A stretch of DNA of 64,000 nucleotides from an uncultured Bacteroidales bacterium (GTDB lineage: Bacteria > Bacteroidota > Bacteroidia > Bacteroidales > VadinHA17): the NCBI GenBank assembly GCA_963849615.1, contig CAWKIC010000026.1:48-64047 (forward strand), given 5' to 3'. Positions 40,368-50,769 of this stretch are shown one piece after another (position 1 is the stretch's first letter; each line of letters opens with the position of its first letter). The position numbers and the translations under genes were made by a program. Below the pieces are notes generated by a model. It saw nothing but the letters and a program-made list of their open reading frames with translations, had not been told where the DNA came from and searched no databases.

Positions 40368-41619
40368 ATGGCCGTTGTCAAACCTTTCAGGGGGTTAAGA
40401 CCTCCCCGTGATATTGCCAAAGATCTGGCATGCCTGCCTTACGATGTGATGAGTACTGAGGAGGCAATGAAAATGGCAAAGGGGAAGGAGTGTTCGCTTC
40501 TTCATATTACACGTTCAGAGATCGATCTGCCTCCGGGTACGGACGTTCATTCTGAAGAAGTTTATAGGAAATCAGTTGATAATTTTGCCTTGTGGCAGGA
40601 AAAAGGCTGGCTGAAACAGGATGAGCAGCCTCATTTTTATATCTATGCCCAGACCATGCAGGGCAGGACACAGTATGGAATTGCAGGATGCGCTTCAGTA
40701 GATGATTATCTGAACGGCATCATAAAAAAACATGAACTTACCAGGCCTGATAAAGAACAGGACCGCATGATCCATGTCAGAGTCAATAACGCAAATATTG
40801 AACCCGTTTTCTTCACTTATCCGGCAATAAAAGAGATCGATGATGTCGTCAGCTCAATAGTTCTTAGCGGGAAGCCGGAATATGACTTCGTCGCCGGCGA
40901 CGGTATCGGACATCATTTTTGGGTAGTAAAAAATCAGGATACCAACAGAGAGATAGAAAGGCTTTTTGCAGAAAAAGTTCCGTTTACCTATGTTGCCGAC
41001 GGCCATCATCGCACTGCGGCCGCGGCGCTTGTCGGCAAAGAGAAGCGCGAAAAGAGCCCCTGGTATAATGGTACCGAGGAGTTCAATTATTTTTTAGCCG
41101 TGCATTTCCCCGACAACCAGTTGAGGATCATGGACTATAACCGCACTTTGAAAGACCTCAATGGTCTTACCGTGGATGAATTTCTTTCAAGACTCTCCGA
41201 CTGGATTTGTTGTTAATGAGAAAGGCGCCGGGGTCTATAAGCCTGAAAAGCTGCATGATATTTCAATGTACCTCGAAGGTAACTGGTATAGCCTGTCGGC
41301 AAAACCAGGCACTTATAATGACAATGATCCGATAGGAGTGCTTGATGTTACAATCCTGGCTGAGCAGGTACTTAAACCGGTTCTTGATATCCAGGACCTC
41401 AGACGGTCAAAAAGAATCGATTTCATTGGTGGTATCAGAGGACTTGATGAGCTTAAGAGAAGGGTTGACAGCGGCGAGATGAAAGTAGCATTCGCCCTTT
41501 ATCCGGTTTCGATGAAGCAGCTTATTAATATTGCGGATTCGGGAAATATAATGCCTCCAAAAACAACATGGTTTGAACCCAAGCTAAGGAGCGGACTTGT
41601 AATTCATCTTCTTGATTAA
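40368..41619 (+). CDS. DUF1015 family protein; one frameshift near 41198
   Basis: MAVVKPFRGLRP......PYDV, and ADGHHRTAAA. The join is ...FLSRLSD/GFVVNEKG. The serC-serA-DUF1015 context is as I recall it for Bacteroidota. Confidence 0.75.
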
Positions 41620-41636
41620 GTCGGGCCCCCTGCGAG

Positions 41637-41675
41637 CCTCTCTTTTACCCCCCTGCCCCCTAAAGGGGGTTCTTA
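41637..41675. repeat. CCCCCTGCCCCCTAAAGGGGG palindromic unit
   Basis: The same unit recurs at 59125-59147 and, as a variant, at 7943-7977. Confidence 0.8.
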
Positions 41676-41717
41676 TAAGGAGCAGTAAAGATTATAGAGA
41701 GAAGAAAATTTTGATAA

Positions 41718-42410
41718 ATGGCTGAAATTGCTTCAAATATCAGATTACTCAAAGAACAGCTGCCTGTATCTGTAAAACTGGTTGCCGTATCCAAGACAAA
41801 GCCGGTGAGCGATATTCTTGAAGCGTATAATTCAGGTCATAAATGTTTCGGTGAGAACAGGGTCCAGGAGTTGCTTTCTAAAAAAGATCTCCTTCCCGGT
41901 GACCTTGAGTGGCATCTTATCGGCCATCTTCAATCCAACAAAGTAAAATATATTGTGCCTTTTATAAGCATGATCGAATCTGTTGATACCTTTAAATTAT
42001 TGATACAGATAAACTCCGAAGCTTCTAAGATTCAGAGGGTAACAGACTGTCTTCTGCAGATCCATATTGCAGAAGAAGAGGCAAAGTTTGGTTTTTCCAT
42101 GAAGGAACTTCATGAAGCAGCAGGTTCGGATTTCCGGAAAATGAACTTCATAAGAATTTGCGGTGTAATGGGAATGGCAACATTCACGGATGATACTGAA
42201 CAAATCAGGAAGGAGTTCAGATATCTTGCTGCTTGCTTTCATGAACTTAAAGAAAGTTATTTTAAAGACAGCCTGAGTTTTAAGGATATATCAATGGGAA
42301 TGTCGGGTGATTATAAAATTGCGGTGGGCGAAGGGAGTACAATGGTAAGGATAGGAAGTCTTATTTTTGGAGAAAGAAATAACCTCCATTCCATAATGGA
42401 GGCTGATTAA
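41718..42410 (+). CDS. yggS: YggS family pyridoxal-phosphate homeostasis protein
   Basis: 230 aa containing LVAVSKTKP.....AY..G...FGENRVQEL..K......WHLIGHLQSNKVKYI...SMGMSGDY..A...GSTMVRIGS.IFG. Confidence 0.88.
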   Translation: MAEIASNIRLLKEQLPVSVKLVAVSKTKPVSDILEAYNSGHKCFGENRVQELLSKKDLLPGDLEWHLIGHLQSNKVKYIVPFISMIESVDTFKLLIQINSEASKIQRVTDCLLQIHIAEEEAKFGFSMKELHEAAGSDFRKMNFIRICGVMGMATFTDDTEQIRKEFRYLAACFHELKESYFKDSLSFKDISMGMSGDYKIAVGEGSTMVRIGSLIFGERNNLHSIMEAD

Positions 42411-42413
42411 TAG

Positions 42414-42515
42414 TCCTTTGTGTGCCTTTGTGTTTACCTTTGTGAGACTTTGTGGTATTGATTTATTTTTTTACCACAAAGGACACAAAGGATTTCACTA
42501 AGGTTCGCAAAGGTA
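42414..42515. repeat. Oligomer-armed hairpin (cctttgtg / cacaaagg family)
   Basis: tcctttgtgtgcctttgtgtttacctttgtgagactttgtggta ... ttaccacaaaggacacaaaggatttcactaaggttcgcaaaggta. A paralog lies at 59281-59384. Confidence 0.85.
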
Positions 42516-42545
42516 AATTTAAAACCTAAGTGAAATAATATTGGT

Positions 42546-43523
42546 ATGGAAAAGCTTAATACAAAGTACCTCGGATTTACTCTTCAAAGCCCGCTGATAG
42601 TCAGCAGCAGCAGGCTCACCTCAACAATTGGCCAGCTCAGGGAAGCTGAGGATTCCGGGGCAGGGGCGGTAGTTCTGAAATCGCTTTTTGAGGAACAGAT
42701 TAACTATCATATTAATTCAATCCCTTCATCTCCCGGATTCCCGGAAGCCGAAGACTATATTGCAAACTACATACGATCCAATTCGGTCGATACTTATCTT
42801 GAACTCATAAGGAGTGCAAAGGAAAGCCTCAGTATTCCGGTTATCCCGAGCATAAATTGCTATTCCTCAAAAGGATGGACAGGATTTGCAAAAAATATTG
42901 AGGATGCGGGCGCTGATGCGATTGAGATCAATGTATTTTTTATGCCTGTCGACAGGAAGAAGTCATCCGCCGAATCGGAAAGACTTTATTTCGACCTGAT
43001 TGAAAATCTTAAAAAGACAATTACTATCCCGGTTGCACTGAAGATCGGATTCAGATTCTCAAACATCCTCTATATGCTCGACCAGTTCTACATGAGAGGA
43101 ATCAGTGGCGTTGTCATGTTTAACAGGTTTTATGAGCCTGATATCGACATAAACAGGATGGAAGTAATTCCCGCATCGATATTCAGCAACGAAAGTGAAA
43201 AAAGATATGTCCTCAGATGGATCGGAATGGCCAGTGCGCAGGACATTAAGCTTGATATTTCTGCCTCCACAGGAGTGCATACCGGGCAGGATGCTGTCAA
43301 ATATCTGCTTGCAGGAGCTAATACCGTTCAGGTCTGTTCGGTACTATATAATAAAGGTATAGGGTATCTCAGGACTATGAACAAGCAGATATCGGACTGG
43401 ATGGTTGCTAACAACTTCAGGAGCATCGGGGATTTCAGAGGCAGGCTGAACTATCTTAATTACCCCAAACCTGCGATATTTGAAAGAACCCAGTTCATGA
43501 AGTACTTTTCCTCTTTCGAATAA
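42546..43523 (+). CDS. Dihydroorotate dehydrogenase-like protein (class 1 DHOD/DHPD fold)
   Basis: 325-aa TIM-barrel-like pattern: L.SPLIVSSS, GAGAVVLKS, NVFFMP, PVALKI, GANTVQVCS. Confidence 0.7.
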   Translation: MEKLNTKYLGFTLQSPLIVSSSRLTSTIGQLREAEDSGAGAVVLKSLFEEQINYHINSIPSSPGFPEAEDYIANYIRSNSVDTYLELIRSAKESLSIPVIPSINCYSSKGWTGFAKNIEDAGADAIEINVFFMPVDRKKSSAESERLYFDLIENLKKTITIPVALKIGFRFSNILYMLDQFYMRGISGVVMFNRFYEPDIDINRMEVIPASIFSNESEKRYVLRWIGMASAQDIKLDISASTGVHTGQDAVKYLLAGANTVQVCSVLYNKGIGYLRTMNKQISDWMVANNFRSIGDFRGRLNYLNYPKPAIFERTQFMKYFSSFE

Positions 43524-43615
43524 ATAGCGGCACGAAGCGACCTCTGAGCCGATCTTAAGAATACAGTTTTTGAATGAGATTACTGTAATTGGCTGAATGC
43601 AAATATAATATAAGT

Positions 43616-43823
43616 TTCCCCTCCTTTTCAAGGAGGGGTGGCCGGGACATTGATTTTAAAGCGTTACAATTTGCTTTCCGGCCGGGGTGGTTGATTTATG
43701 TTTCAAGACTCTTTGAATAAACTAATAAGAAAGCCTAGTCAACCACCCCGGCCAGACGAATTTAGTTACTGCGGTTAAAATATTTCACCGTCTGGCCACC
43801 CCTCCTTGAAAAGGAGGGGAAAG
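43616..43823. repeat. About 208-bp nested inverted-repeat element
   Basis: The outer pair is tttcccctccttttcaaggaggggtggccgg (43616-43645) and ctggccacccctccttgaaaaggaggggaaag (43792-43823), each itself a palindrome. The inner pair is ccggccggggtggttga (43679-43694) and tcaaccaccccggccag (43739-43755). Confidence 0.85.
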
Positions 43824-43904
43824 TAAATTGATTGTATCTCAGCTAGTTGGATTTCTAAGTCTATGGCATTCCTTAAGATGCAGCTATGGACCGAACCCCC
43901 CTTC

Positions 43905-44420
43905 TTACTTTAGAACAGAAATGAGTTCAGTTTCCAGGGCTGACATCTCTTCCGACCTGAGGGCAGAGCCTTCTGTTATAATTCTGATGATCTCATCTTT
44001 CTCTTTAGTTGTCATATTTTGGACTGACGACTCAATTACAGTAAAACATTCAATTGCAGTCATATAATCATCTGTAAGAAGAAAGATGCCTGCAAAGTCG
44101 GCTGAATAAGCCACATAATCCAGGCCCGACTGCCAGCACGATGAGATTAACATTCTGAGAGTATCGGGGAGTATCTCTTTCTTTATTTCCTCCATCACCT
44201 CCCGGCATGCAGCCTGATCTTTAAGGTCATTCATGAAATTTGTGATCTGTTTCCTTATTGACGAATTATCACTTCTGTTAAAGTATGAGGTCAACAGCCC
44301 AATGGCACCTTCGAAAGGCTGGGTATTCCTTAGAACTTCAATCGCATCCTCTATCATCAGGGGATTATCCCTGGTCAAAACGAGAGCAAGTTCCTTAAGT
44401 CTTTTTTCAGATCGGATCAT
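43905..44420 (-). CDS. Hypothetical protein (helical)
   Basis: 171-aa ORF with normal local codon usage. No recognisable motif. Confidence 0.5.
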   Translation of the reverse strand: MIRSEKRLKELALVLTRDNPLMIEDAIEVLRNTQPFEGAIGLLTSYFNRSDNSSIRKQITNFMNDLKDQAACREVMEEIKKEILPDTLRMLISSCWQSGLDYVAYSADFAGIFLLTDDYMTAIECFTVIESSVQNMTTKEKDEIIRIITEGSALRSEEMSALETELISVLK

Positions 44421-44540
44421 TTGTAATTATTTGTTACAAAGTTAGAAATACCATTTATTAGATTTTAGCGTTATTGATAAATAAAAATAATGTACTAATT
44501 TAGCACTGATTACACAGAGAATCTTAAAAAAACCTCGAAA

Positions 44541-45461
44541 ATGAATAAACTTCTTCTGACTACCAACCGTGTTCTGGCACTGACATTTCTGTTTGCTTTA
44601 TTTCTTACAAGTTGCAATTCGGGCGGTAAAGGCACAAAAAAAGAAGCAGATTCTTTGGATGTGTCAAAGGACAATGCCGCTGTTTATGATGAAATAAAGA
44701 AAGCAGAGACGATCTTCTATACCCTTCCTTCTCCACTCGAATCTGCCATGCTCATTAAATCTGCCGGAGCTTTATTCGATGACAACCTTCTGAATCCAGT
44801 CGGAAACACAAAAAACTACAATACCAATAAGAGCATGGCGCTCAATCTTGGTATTTATACATGCGACCTGAGTTTTGCGAGCCTGTACGATCAGACACAG
44901 CTTATAATCAACTACATGAATGCCGCAAAAACGATGGCGGACGGTCTGGGTATCCTCGATGCTATCCAGCAGGAAGATATCGACAGACTGGAACAGAATA
45001 TTCATGACACCGAGGTTATTATGGATGTTGTTTCCCAGACATACCTTAATTCAAATTCCTATCTCGAGGATAATGGCCAGCCCGCAATTGCAGCCATCGT
45101 TCTTACAGGCGGATGGGTGGAAGGTCTCTATATCTCCACCCAGCTTATCGATATGAAGGATTTTAATGGCAATAAACTTGTAGGAAGGATAATTGATCAG
45201 AAACTTTCTATTGATATTCTTATCAACCTCCTGGGAGACAGCAAGGGAAATCCGGCCATAGATGAGGTTTTAGCCCAGGTGACCAGAGTTAAAACTGTTT
45301 TTGACAAGATTACGCTGAAGACAACACCAATCAGACCAGAGTATGATAAGGCTGCCAATGTTACGGTCCTGAAATCAGAAGTGCAGTCAGATCTTACTCC
45401 GGAAGTATTTAAAGAGCTCGCAACTGTTGTTGGTGAGATCAGGAACAGTTTCATCAAATAG
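44541..45461 (+). CDS. Hypothetical lipoprotein
   Basis: 306 aa with a signal peptide and lipobox (FLFALFLTSC). Confidence 0.55.
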   Translation: MNKLLLTTNRVLALTFLFALFLTSCNSGGKGTKKEADSLDVSKDNAAVYDEIKKAETIFYTLPSPLESAMLIKSAGALFDDNLLNPVGNTKNYNTNKSMALNLGIYTCDLSFASLYDQTQLIINYMNAAKTMADGLGILDAIQQEDIDRLEQNIHDTEVIMDVVSQTYLNSNSYLEDNGQPAIAAIVLTGGWVEGLYISTQLIDMKDFNGNKLVGRIIDQKLSIDILINLLGDSKGNPAIDEVLAQVTRVKTVFDKITLKTTPIRPEYDKAANVTVLKSEVQSDLTPEVFKELATVVGEIRNSFIK

Positions 45462-45561
45462 CATAATAACCTGCATGGTATGCTGATGGCGGACTGAAAA
45501 GCTCAGGAGCCCGCAACCATGCTGATTCGATCATAACATTATAAAACAAAATCAAATAATA

Positions 45562-46005
45562 ATGAAACTATTCAGGACTTTTTCAATACTGGTTCTATTC
45601 TTGATTTTTTCCGGCTCTAGTGTTACTGGCCAGTGCAAGATCTTTGCCAAAAAAACCTGTCTTCCTGAACTTGGAGCCTACGTCCACGACGGGAATTATC
45701 ACGCAGCAGTTCTTGTGGAAGGTGAAGAGGCTGAACTGTTTAAAACTTTCTATTCCGATATGGAATACCGTCTTGCCATATGCTGTGAAGAAATACTGCC
45801 GGGGATTGAATTTACGGTTCTTGATGCAAATAAAAATGTTCTTTATTCCAACAAAGATTCAAACTTTTCAGGCGTCTGGGATTTTAAGCTCGAGTCAAGC
45901 CAGCAGCTCAGGATAGTTATGAAAGTCAATACCGCAGCAAAACAGGAGGCCGCTCCTGCAAGCGGTTGCGTTTCAATTATGTTTGGATTCAAAATAAAAC
46001 AATAG
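45562..46005 (+). CDS. Hypothetical secreted protein
   Basis: 147 aa with an N-terminal signal-like segment, MKLFRTFSILVLFLIFSGSSVTG. Confidence 0.5.
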   Translation: MKLFRTFSILVLFLIFSGSSVTGQCKIFAKKTCLPELGAYVHDGNYHAAVLVEGEEAELFKTFYSDMEYRLAICCEEILPGIEFTVLDANKNVLYSNKDSNFSGVWDFKLESSQQLRIVMKVNTAAKQEAAPASGCVSIMFGFKIKQ

Positions 46006-46029
46006 GTAGAGACGTCGCACACGACGATT

Positions 46030-48822
46030 CTATGTTTTTTTGTTCAGTTTCGGCGCCAGGAAGTGCCCTGTATACGATTTCCTGTGTTTTGCCAGATCCT
46101 CAGGCTTCCCTTCAAATACCACGTATCCGCCTTCCTCTCCACCCTCCGGACCAAGGTCTATAACCCAGTCGGCACACTTAATAACTTCCTGGTTATGTTC
46201 GATAAGTATTACCGAATGACCATGATCCACAAGTGCATTTATTGATTTGAGCAGCTTGTTGATATCATGAAAATGAAGCCCGGTCGTAGGCTCGTCAAAG
46301 ATGAACAGAATATGACCCGATCCCTTTTCCTGGCTCAGAAAATAGGCAAGCTTTACCCTTTGGCTTTCTCCGCCTGAAAGTGTGCTCGATGACTGCCCCA
46401 TCTTGATATAACCCAGTCCGACATCGGCCAGCGGCTTAAGCTTTTCAATAATTCTCTTTTCATTTTTCCCCGGATGACTTTCAAAGAATTCAATGGCTTC
46501 ATCAATTGTCATCTCGAGCATGTCATAGATATTCTTACCATGATACCTGACCTCAAGTATCTCCCTCTTGAACCGCATGCCCTTACAGCTTTCGCAGGTC
46601 AGCTCAACATCGGCCATAAACTGCATCTCAACCCTTATTATGCCTTCACCCTGACACTCTTCGCATCTACCGCCTTCAATATTAAAAGAAAAATGAGATG
46701 CTCTGAAATTATTCTGTACCGAGGCCTGCTGCTCTGCATAAAGCTTCCTTATCTCATCATAGGCCTTGATGTAAGTCACCGGATTCGACCGGCTTGATTT
46801 CCCGATGGGATTCTGGTCAACAAGCTCGATGCCGGTGAGCCTGGATACATCACCCGATATTTCCCGGAACTGACCCGGCTTCAGGTTGTTGCCGTTTATT
46901 CTGTTCGACAGGGCATTATAAAGGATATCGGTGACGAGGCTTGATTTGCCTGATCCGCTTACACCCGTTACTGCCGTAATGGTATGCAGCGGAAATTTTA
47001 CATCTATGTTTTTAAGATTATTCTCCCTTGCGCCCTTTATCTCGATATAACTATGCCATTTCCTGCGTGTGGAAGGGATTTTTACCGCCATCCTGCCGCT
47101 AAGGTAGGATGCCGTTAAGGAACGGTTTTTTTCAGAAAAGTCAATGCCCCCCTGGAACACAACTTCACCGCCAAGCCGCCCGGCTTCAGGGCCCATATCT
47201 ATTATCTCATCAGCCGCCCTTATTATTTCCTCTTCATGTTCAACAACAAGCACCGAATTCCCGAGATCCCTGAGCTCCTTAAGGACTTTTACGAGAAGAT
47301 TTGTATCACGCGGATGAAGGCCGATGCTCGGTTCATCAAGGATATACATCGATCCCACCAGATTACTCCCGAGAGATGTTGCAAGATTTATCCGCTGTGA
47401 TTCTCCCCCGGATAAGGATGATGACAGCCGGTTAAGCGTCAGATAGGGGAGACCCACATCTATAAGGAATTTTAACCTCTGGCTGATCTCTTTGAGAAGC
47501 CGCTCTGCGATTTTTGCCTCTGACTTTGTCAGCTCAATATCGGGGAGAAGTGAGTAGAGCGTCCCTACCGGCAGGGAGACAAGCTCCTGTATTGTCCTTC
47601 CCGATACCTTTACATACGATGTCTCTTTTTTCAGCCTGTTCCCTTTGCATTCCGGACAGATTGTCTTACCACGGTAACGGCTCAGCAGAACCCTGTACTG
47701 GATCTTGTATTTCTTTTCTTCGAGATGTTCAAAGAACCGGTTCAGCCCGTAGAAATACCTGTTCCCCTTCCAAATAAGCTGTTTCTGCTCATCGGTAAGC
47801 TGATAATAGGGTTTATGTACGGGGAAGTTAAACAGGTCGGCGCTTGATACCAGGCGCTCTTTCCATTTTTTCATCGATTCCCCTTTCCAGCAGGCAATGG
47901 CATCCTGAAAGACAGAAAGATTCTGGTCGGGTATTACAAGATTCTCATCAATGCCAATTATTTTTCCATACCCTTCACAAACCGGACATGCACCAATGGG
48001 ATTGTTAAAACTGAAAAAATATTCTGACGGTTCCTCAAATTCAATTCCATCTTCTTCAAATTTGACAGAGAAATTTTCTCTTATCAGCCCGGTGTCTCCA
48101 AAAACAACAGCCTGACAATGTCCTTTACCTGTCTGAAATGCTGTCTGGGCTGAATCAGCTGACCGGCTCATGTTATCTGAATCGTGGCTGGTAACCAGCC
48201 GGTCGATCACAATATTAACCTTCTGGCAGGGACTGAACATGTGTTCATCAACCGGGCCGTCAATCCTGATCAGCTCACCGTTTTCCTCCAGGCGGCTGAA
48301 TCCCTGTTTTACAAGAAATGAGAAGTATTCCTGCATTTTAATGGTTTCAGGGATGGTCCCGGGTGAGGTAATAACTACTTTTGTACCCTCCGGGAGGGAG
48401 GTCAGGTAGTTAACGAGATCGTCGGCGCTGTGACGCTTAACCTCTTTTCCCGAGACAGGCGAGAAAGTCCTGCCGATCCGCGCAAACAAAAGCCTCAGAT
48501 AATCATAGATCTCAGTGGAAGATCCGACTGTCGACCGCGGATTCCGTGAGTTTACCTTCTGTTCTATTGCAATGGCAGGCGGGATCCCGTTTATGAAATC
48601 AACATCAGGTTTGTTCATCCTGCCCAGAAATTGCCGTGCATACGATGAAAGACTCTCAACGTACCTTCTCTGCCCTTCGGCATAGATTGTATCGAATGCA
48701 AGAGACGATTTCCCTGATCCTGAAACTCCCGTAATTACGATAAACCTGTTTCTTGGTATGCTGAGACTTATATTTTTCAGATTATGAACCCTTGCTCCTC
48801 TGATCTCAATATTCCCTTCCAT
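46030..48822 (-). CDS. uvrA: Excinuclease ABC subunit A
   Basis: 930 aa containing ARVHNLKNISL.IPRN...VITGVSGSGKSSLAFDTIYAEGQRRYVESLS, the zinc-finger cysteines, and a second ABC module (VTGVSGSGKSSLV and LSGGESQRVKLA). Confidence 0.92.
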   Translation of the reverse strand: MEGNIEIRGARVHNLKNISLSIPRNRFIVITGVSGSGKSSLAFDTIYAEGQRRYVESLSSYARQFLGRMNKPDVDFINGIPPAIAIEQKVNSRNPRSTVGSSTEIYDYLRLLFARIGRTFSPVSGKEVKRHSADDLVNYLTSLPEGTKVVITSPGTIPETIKMQEYFSFLVKQGFSRLEENGELIRIDGPVDEHMFSPCQKVNIVIDRLVTSHDSDNMSRSADSAQTAFQTGKGHCQAVVFGDTGLIRENFSVKFEEDGIEFEEPSEYFFSFNNPIGACPVCEGYGKIIGIDENLVIPDQNLSVFQDAIACWKGESMKKWKERLVSSADLFNFPVHKPYYQLTDEQKQLIWKGNRYFYGLNRFFEHLEEKKYKIQYRVLLSRYRGKTICPECKGNRLKKETSYVKVSGRTIQELVSLPVGTLYSLLPDIELTKSEAKIAERLLKEISQRLKFLIDVGLPYLTLNRLSSSLSGGESQRINLATSLGSNLVGSMYILDEPSIGLHPRDTNLLVKVLKELRDLGNSVLVVEHEEEIIRAADEIIDMGPEAGRLGGEVVFQGGIDFSEKNRSLTASYLSGRMAVKIPSTRRKWHSYIEIKGARENNLKNIDVKFPLHTITAVTGVSGSGKSSLVTDILYNALSNRINGNNLKPGQFREISGDVSRLTGIELVDQNPIGKSSRSNPVTYIKAYDEIRKLYAEQQASVQNNFRASHFSFNIEGGRCEECQGEGIIRVEMQFMADVELTCESCKGMRFKREILEVRYHGKNIYDMLEMTIDEAIEFFESHPGKNEKRIIEKLKPLADVGLGYIKMGQSSSTLSGGESQRVKLAYFLSQEKGSGHILFIFDEPTTGLHFHDINKLLKSINALVDHGHSVILIEHNQEVIKCADWVIDLGPEGGEEGGYVVFEGKPEDLAKHRKSYTGHFLAPKLNKKT

Positions 48823-48980
48823 AACTTATTTTGAAACTTTTTTTAAAATTTTTCGTAAAAATCAAAAGTAATGCTTTCATATTAAAAATATTTTACTTTC
48901 TTTGTACTCATTATTAACCAAAAACCAGGATTGCCTATTCAACAACTCTACTCTTTAAACCAAATTAAAAAGAGAGAGCT

Positions 48981-49568
48981 ATGAAGAAAATGATGTCCGA
49001 TTACGAACTTATTGAGAAGTTTGTAAAAGGTGAGCAAACCTGTTTCGAAACACTAATCCACCGTCACAAAAACAAAGTCTACGCTTATATAAGCCTTTAT
49101 ATTCGCGATCAGGCTCTTGTTGAAGATCTTTTCCAGGACACTTTCCTTAAAGTGATCCAGTCGGTTAAATCTGGTAAGTATTACGACAACGGGAAATTTA
49201 TTTCCTGGGTTATGCGAATTGCCCACAACTTAATAATAGACCATTTTCGCAGGATCAAACAACTCAACACCGTTTCAAACGACGATTATGAATCAGATCT
49301 GTTTAATTCCAGGAAGTTTGCCGAATCGAACATTGAAGATCATCTTATCAAGAAACAAATCCAGAAGGATATCAGGATGCTGATCAGTCAGCTCCCTGAC
49401 GATCAGAGGGAAGTTGTTATCCTCAGACACTACTCAGGCCTGAGTTTCAAGGAAATTGCTGATATTACGGAAGTTAGCATTAATACGGCACTTGGACGCA
49501 TGAGATATGCCCTCATTAATATGAGGAAAATGATGGAAGAGAAAAAAATATCACTCACATTTAACTGA
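48981..49568 (+). CDS. Sigma-70 family RNA polymerase sigma factor (ECF-like)
   Basis: Region 2 is DLFQDTFLKV. Region 4 is QREVVILRHYSGLSFKEIADITEVSINTALGRMRYA. Confidence 0.8.
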   Translation: MKKMMSDYELIEKFVKGEQTCFETLIHRHKNKVYAYISLYIRDQALVEDLFQDTFLKVIQSVKSGKYYDNGKFISWVMRIAHNLIIDHFRRIKQLNTVSNDDYESDLFNSRKFAESNIEDHLIKKQIQKDIRMLISQLPDDQREVVILRHYSGLSFKEIADITEVSINTALGRMRYALINMRKMMEEKKISLTFN

Positions 49569-49616
49569 TAATAATACAATTTTTGAACCCATCGGGCGTT
49601 TTCTATTAAATAATAC

Positions 49617-49817
49617 ATGAACAAGCCTATGGGAACAAATTTTACTCCTTTTCTTTCATATCCTGAAATTTCAACTGATGAAATAGACATCTACGACGAT
49701 GCCTGGGGTTTTTACCCGCAATTTCACGATGTGATAGATCTCCTCAGACAGGTTAAACCAGTTCCGGGGAAAAAGCTTACAGACCGTTTAATAAAGCGGG
49801 TCAGGAGCAAACATTAA
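49617..49817 (+). CDS. Small hypothetical protein downstream of the sigma factor
   Basis: 66-aa ORF followed by a strong terminator. No motif and no TM segment. Confidence 0.3.
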   Translation: MNKPMGTNFTPFLSYPEISTDEIDIYDDAWGFYPQFHDVIDLLRQVKPVPGKKLTDRLIKRVRSKH

Positions 49818-49827
49818 AGAATCAACG

Positions 49828-49857
49828 GACGCAGGAAATTTTTCCTGCGTTTTTTTT
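49828..49857 (+). terminator. Intrinsic terminator
   Basis: GACGCAGGAAA tttt TCCTGCGT followed by TTTTTTT. Confidence 0.8.
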
Positions 49858-49912
49858 GTTTTTGTAAAATCAAAATGATATATTTGTAATATTAAAATAA
49901 TATCATAAAGCT

Positions 49913-50767
49913 ATGAAAAACGAATCTATTGTTCGACCTGTGTCAGGTTATCTGGCTACTCTGGCTGCAGTATTGCTCATTGGCGGAACTATTATCGCAT
50001 TTAACAGCGACATTATCTGGCTGGGAGCTGTTATGTCACTTTTAACAGTGCTGACACTTATTGGCTTCACAATCGTGGAACCTAACGGATCATGCGTAAT
50101 GGTCCTCTTTGGAGCATACCATGGGACAATCAGGGATAATGGTTTCTTCTGGGTAAATCCTTTTTACCTCAAGAGGAAAATATCCCTCCGTGCCCGCAAT
50201 TTCGACAGCGAGCCGATTAAAGTAAATGACAAACTGGGGAATCCGATTAAAATAGGGTTCGTCCTTGTATGGCGGGTTGCGGAAACATATAAGGCTGTAT
50301 TTGAGGTGGACGATTACCAGCATTTTGTTCTTGTGCAGAGCGATGCTGCCCTGAGGAAACTTGCAGGATTGTATCCATATGACAATCTGGAGGATCACGA
50401 TGCAGTGATGACCCTTCGCAGCGGTGGGGAAGAGGTCAATGATGAACTTGAAAGGGAGATACGTGAGAGATTGATAATTGCGGGGATTGAAGTTATCGAA
50501 GCCAGAATAAATTACATTGCATATGCCGAAGAGATCGCAAATGCCATGTTAAGGCGTCAGCAGGCTACTGCTGTTGTCGCGGCACGATTCAAAATTGTTG
50601 AGGGAGCAGTATCAATGGTACAGATGGCTCTTGAACAGCTTTCAGATAAGAAGATCGTCGAACTCGATGAGGAACGGAAAGCTGCGATGGTAAGCAACCT
50701 TATGGTTGTCCTGTGCTCTGATAAGGATGCTACCCCGGTAGTTAACGCAGGTACTTTACATTCTTGA
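49913..50767 (+). CDS. SPFH/Band 7 domain membrane protein
   Basis: 284 aa with two N-terminal TM segments, then VEPNGSCVMVLFGAYHGTIRDNGFFWVNPF...EARINYIAYAEEIANAMLRRQQA. Confidence 0.8.
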   Translation: MKNESIVRPVSGYLATLAAVLLIGGTIIAFNSDIIWLGAVMSLLTVLTLIGFTIVEPNGSCVMVLFGAYHGTIRDNGFFWVNPFYLKRKISLRARNFDSEPIKVNDKLGNPIKIGFVLVWRVAETYKAVFEVDDYQHFVLVQSDAALRKLAGLYPYDNLEDHDAVMTLRSGGEEVNDELEREIRERLIIAGIEVIEARINYIAYAEEIANAMLRRQQATAVVAARFKIVEGAVSMVQMALEQLSDKKIVELDEERKAAMVSNLMVVLCSDKDATPVVNAGTLHS

Positions 50768-50769
50768 TT

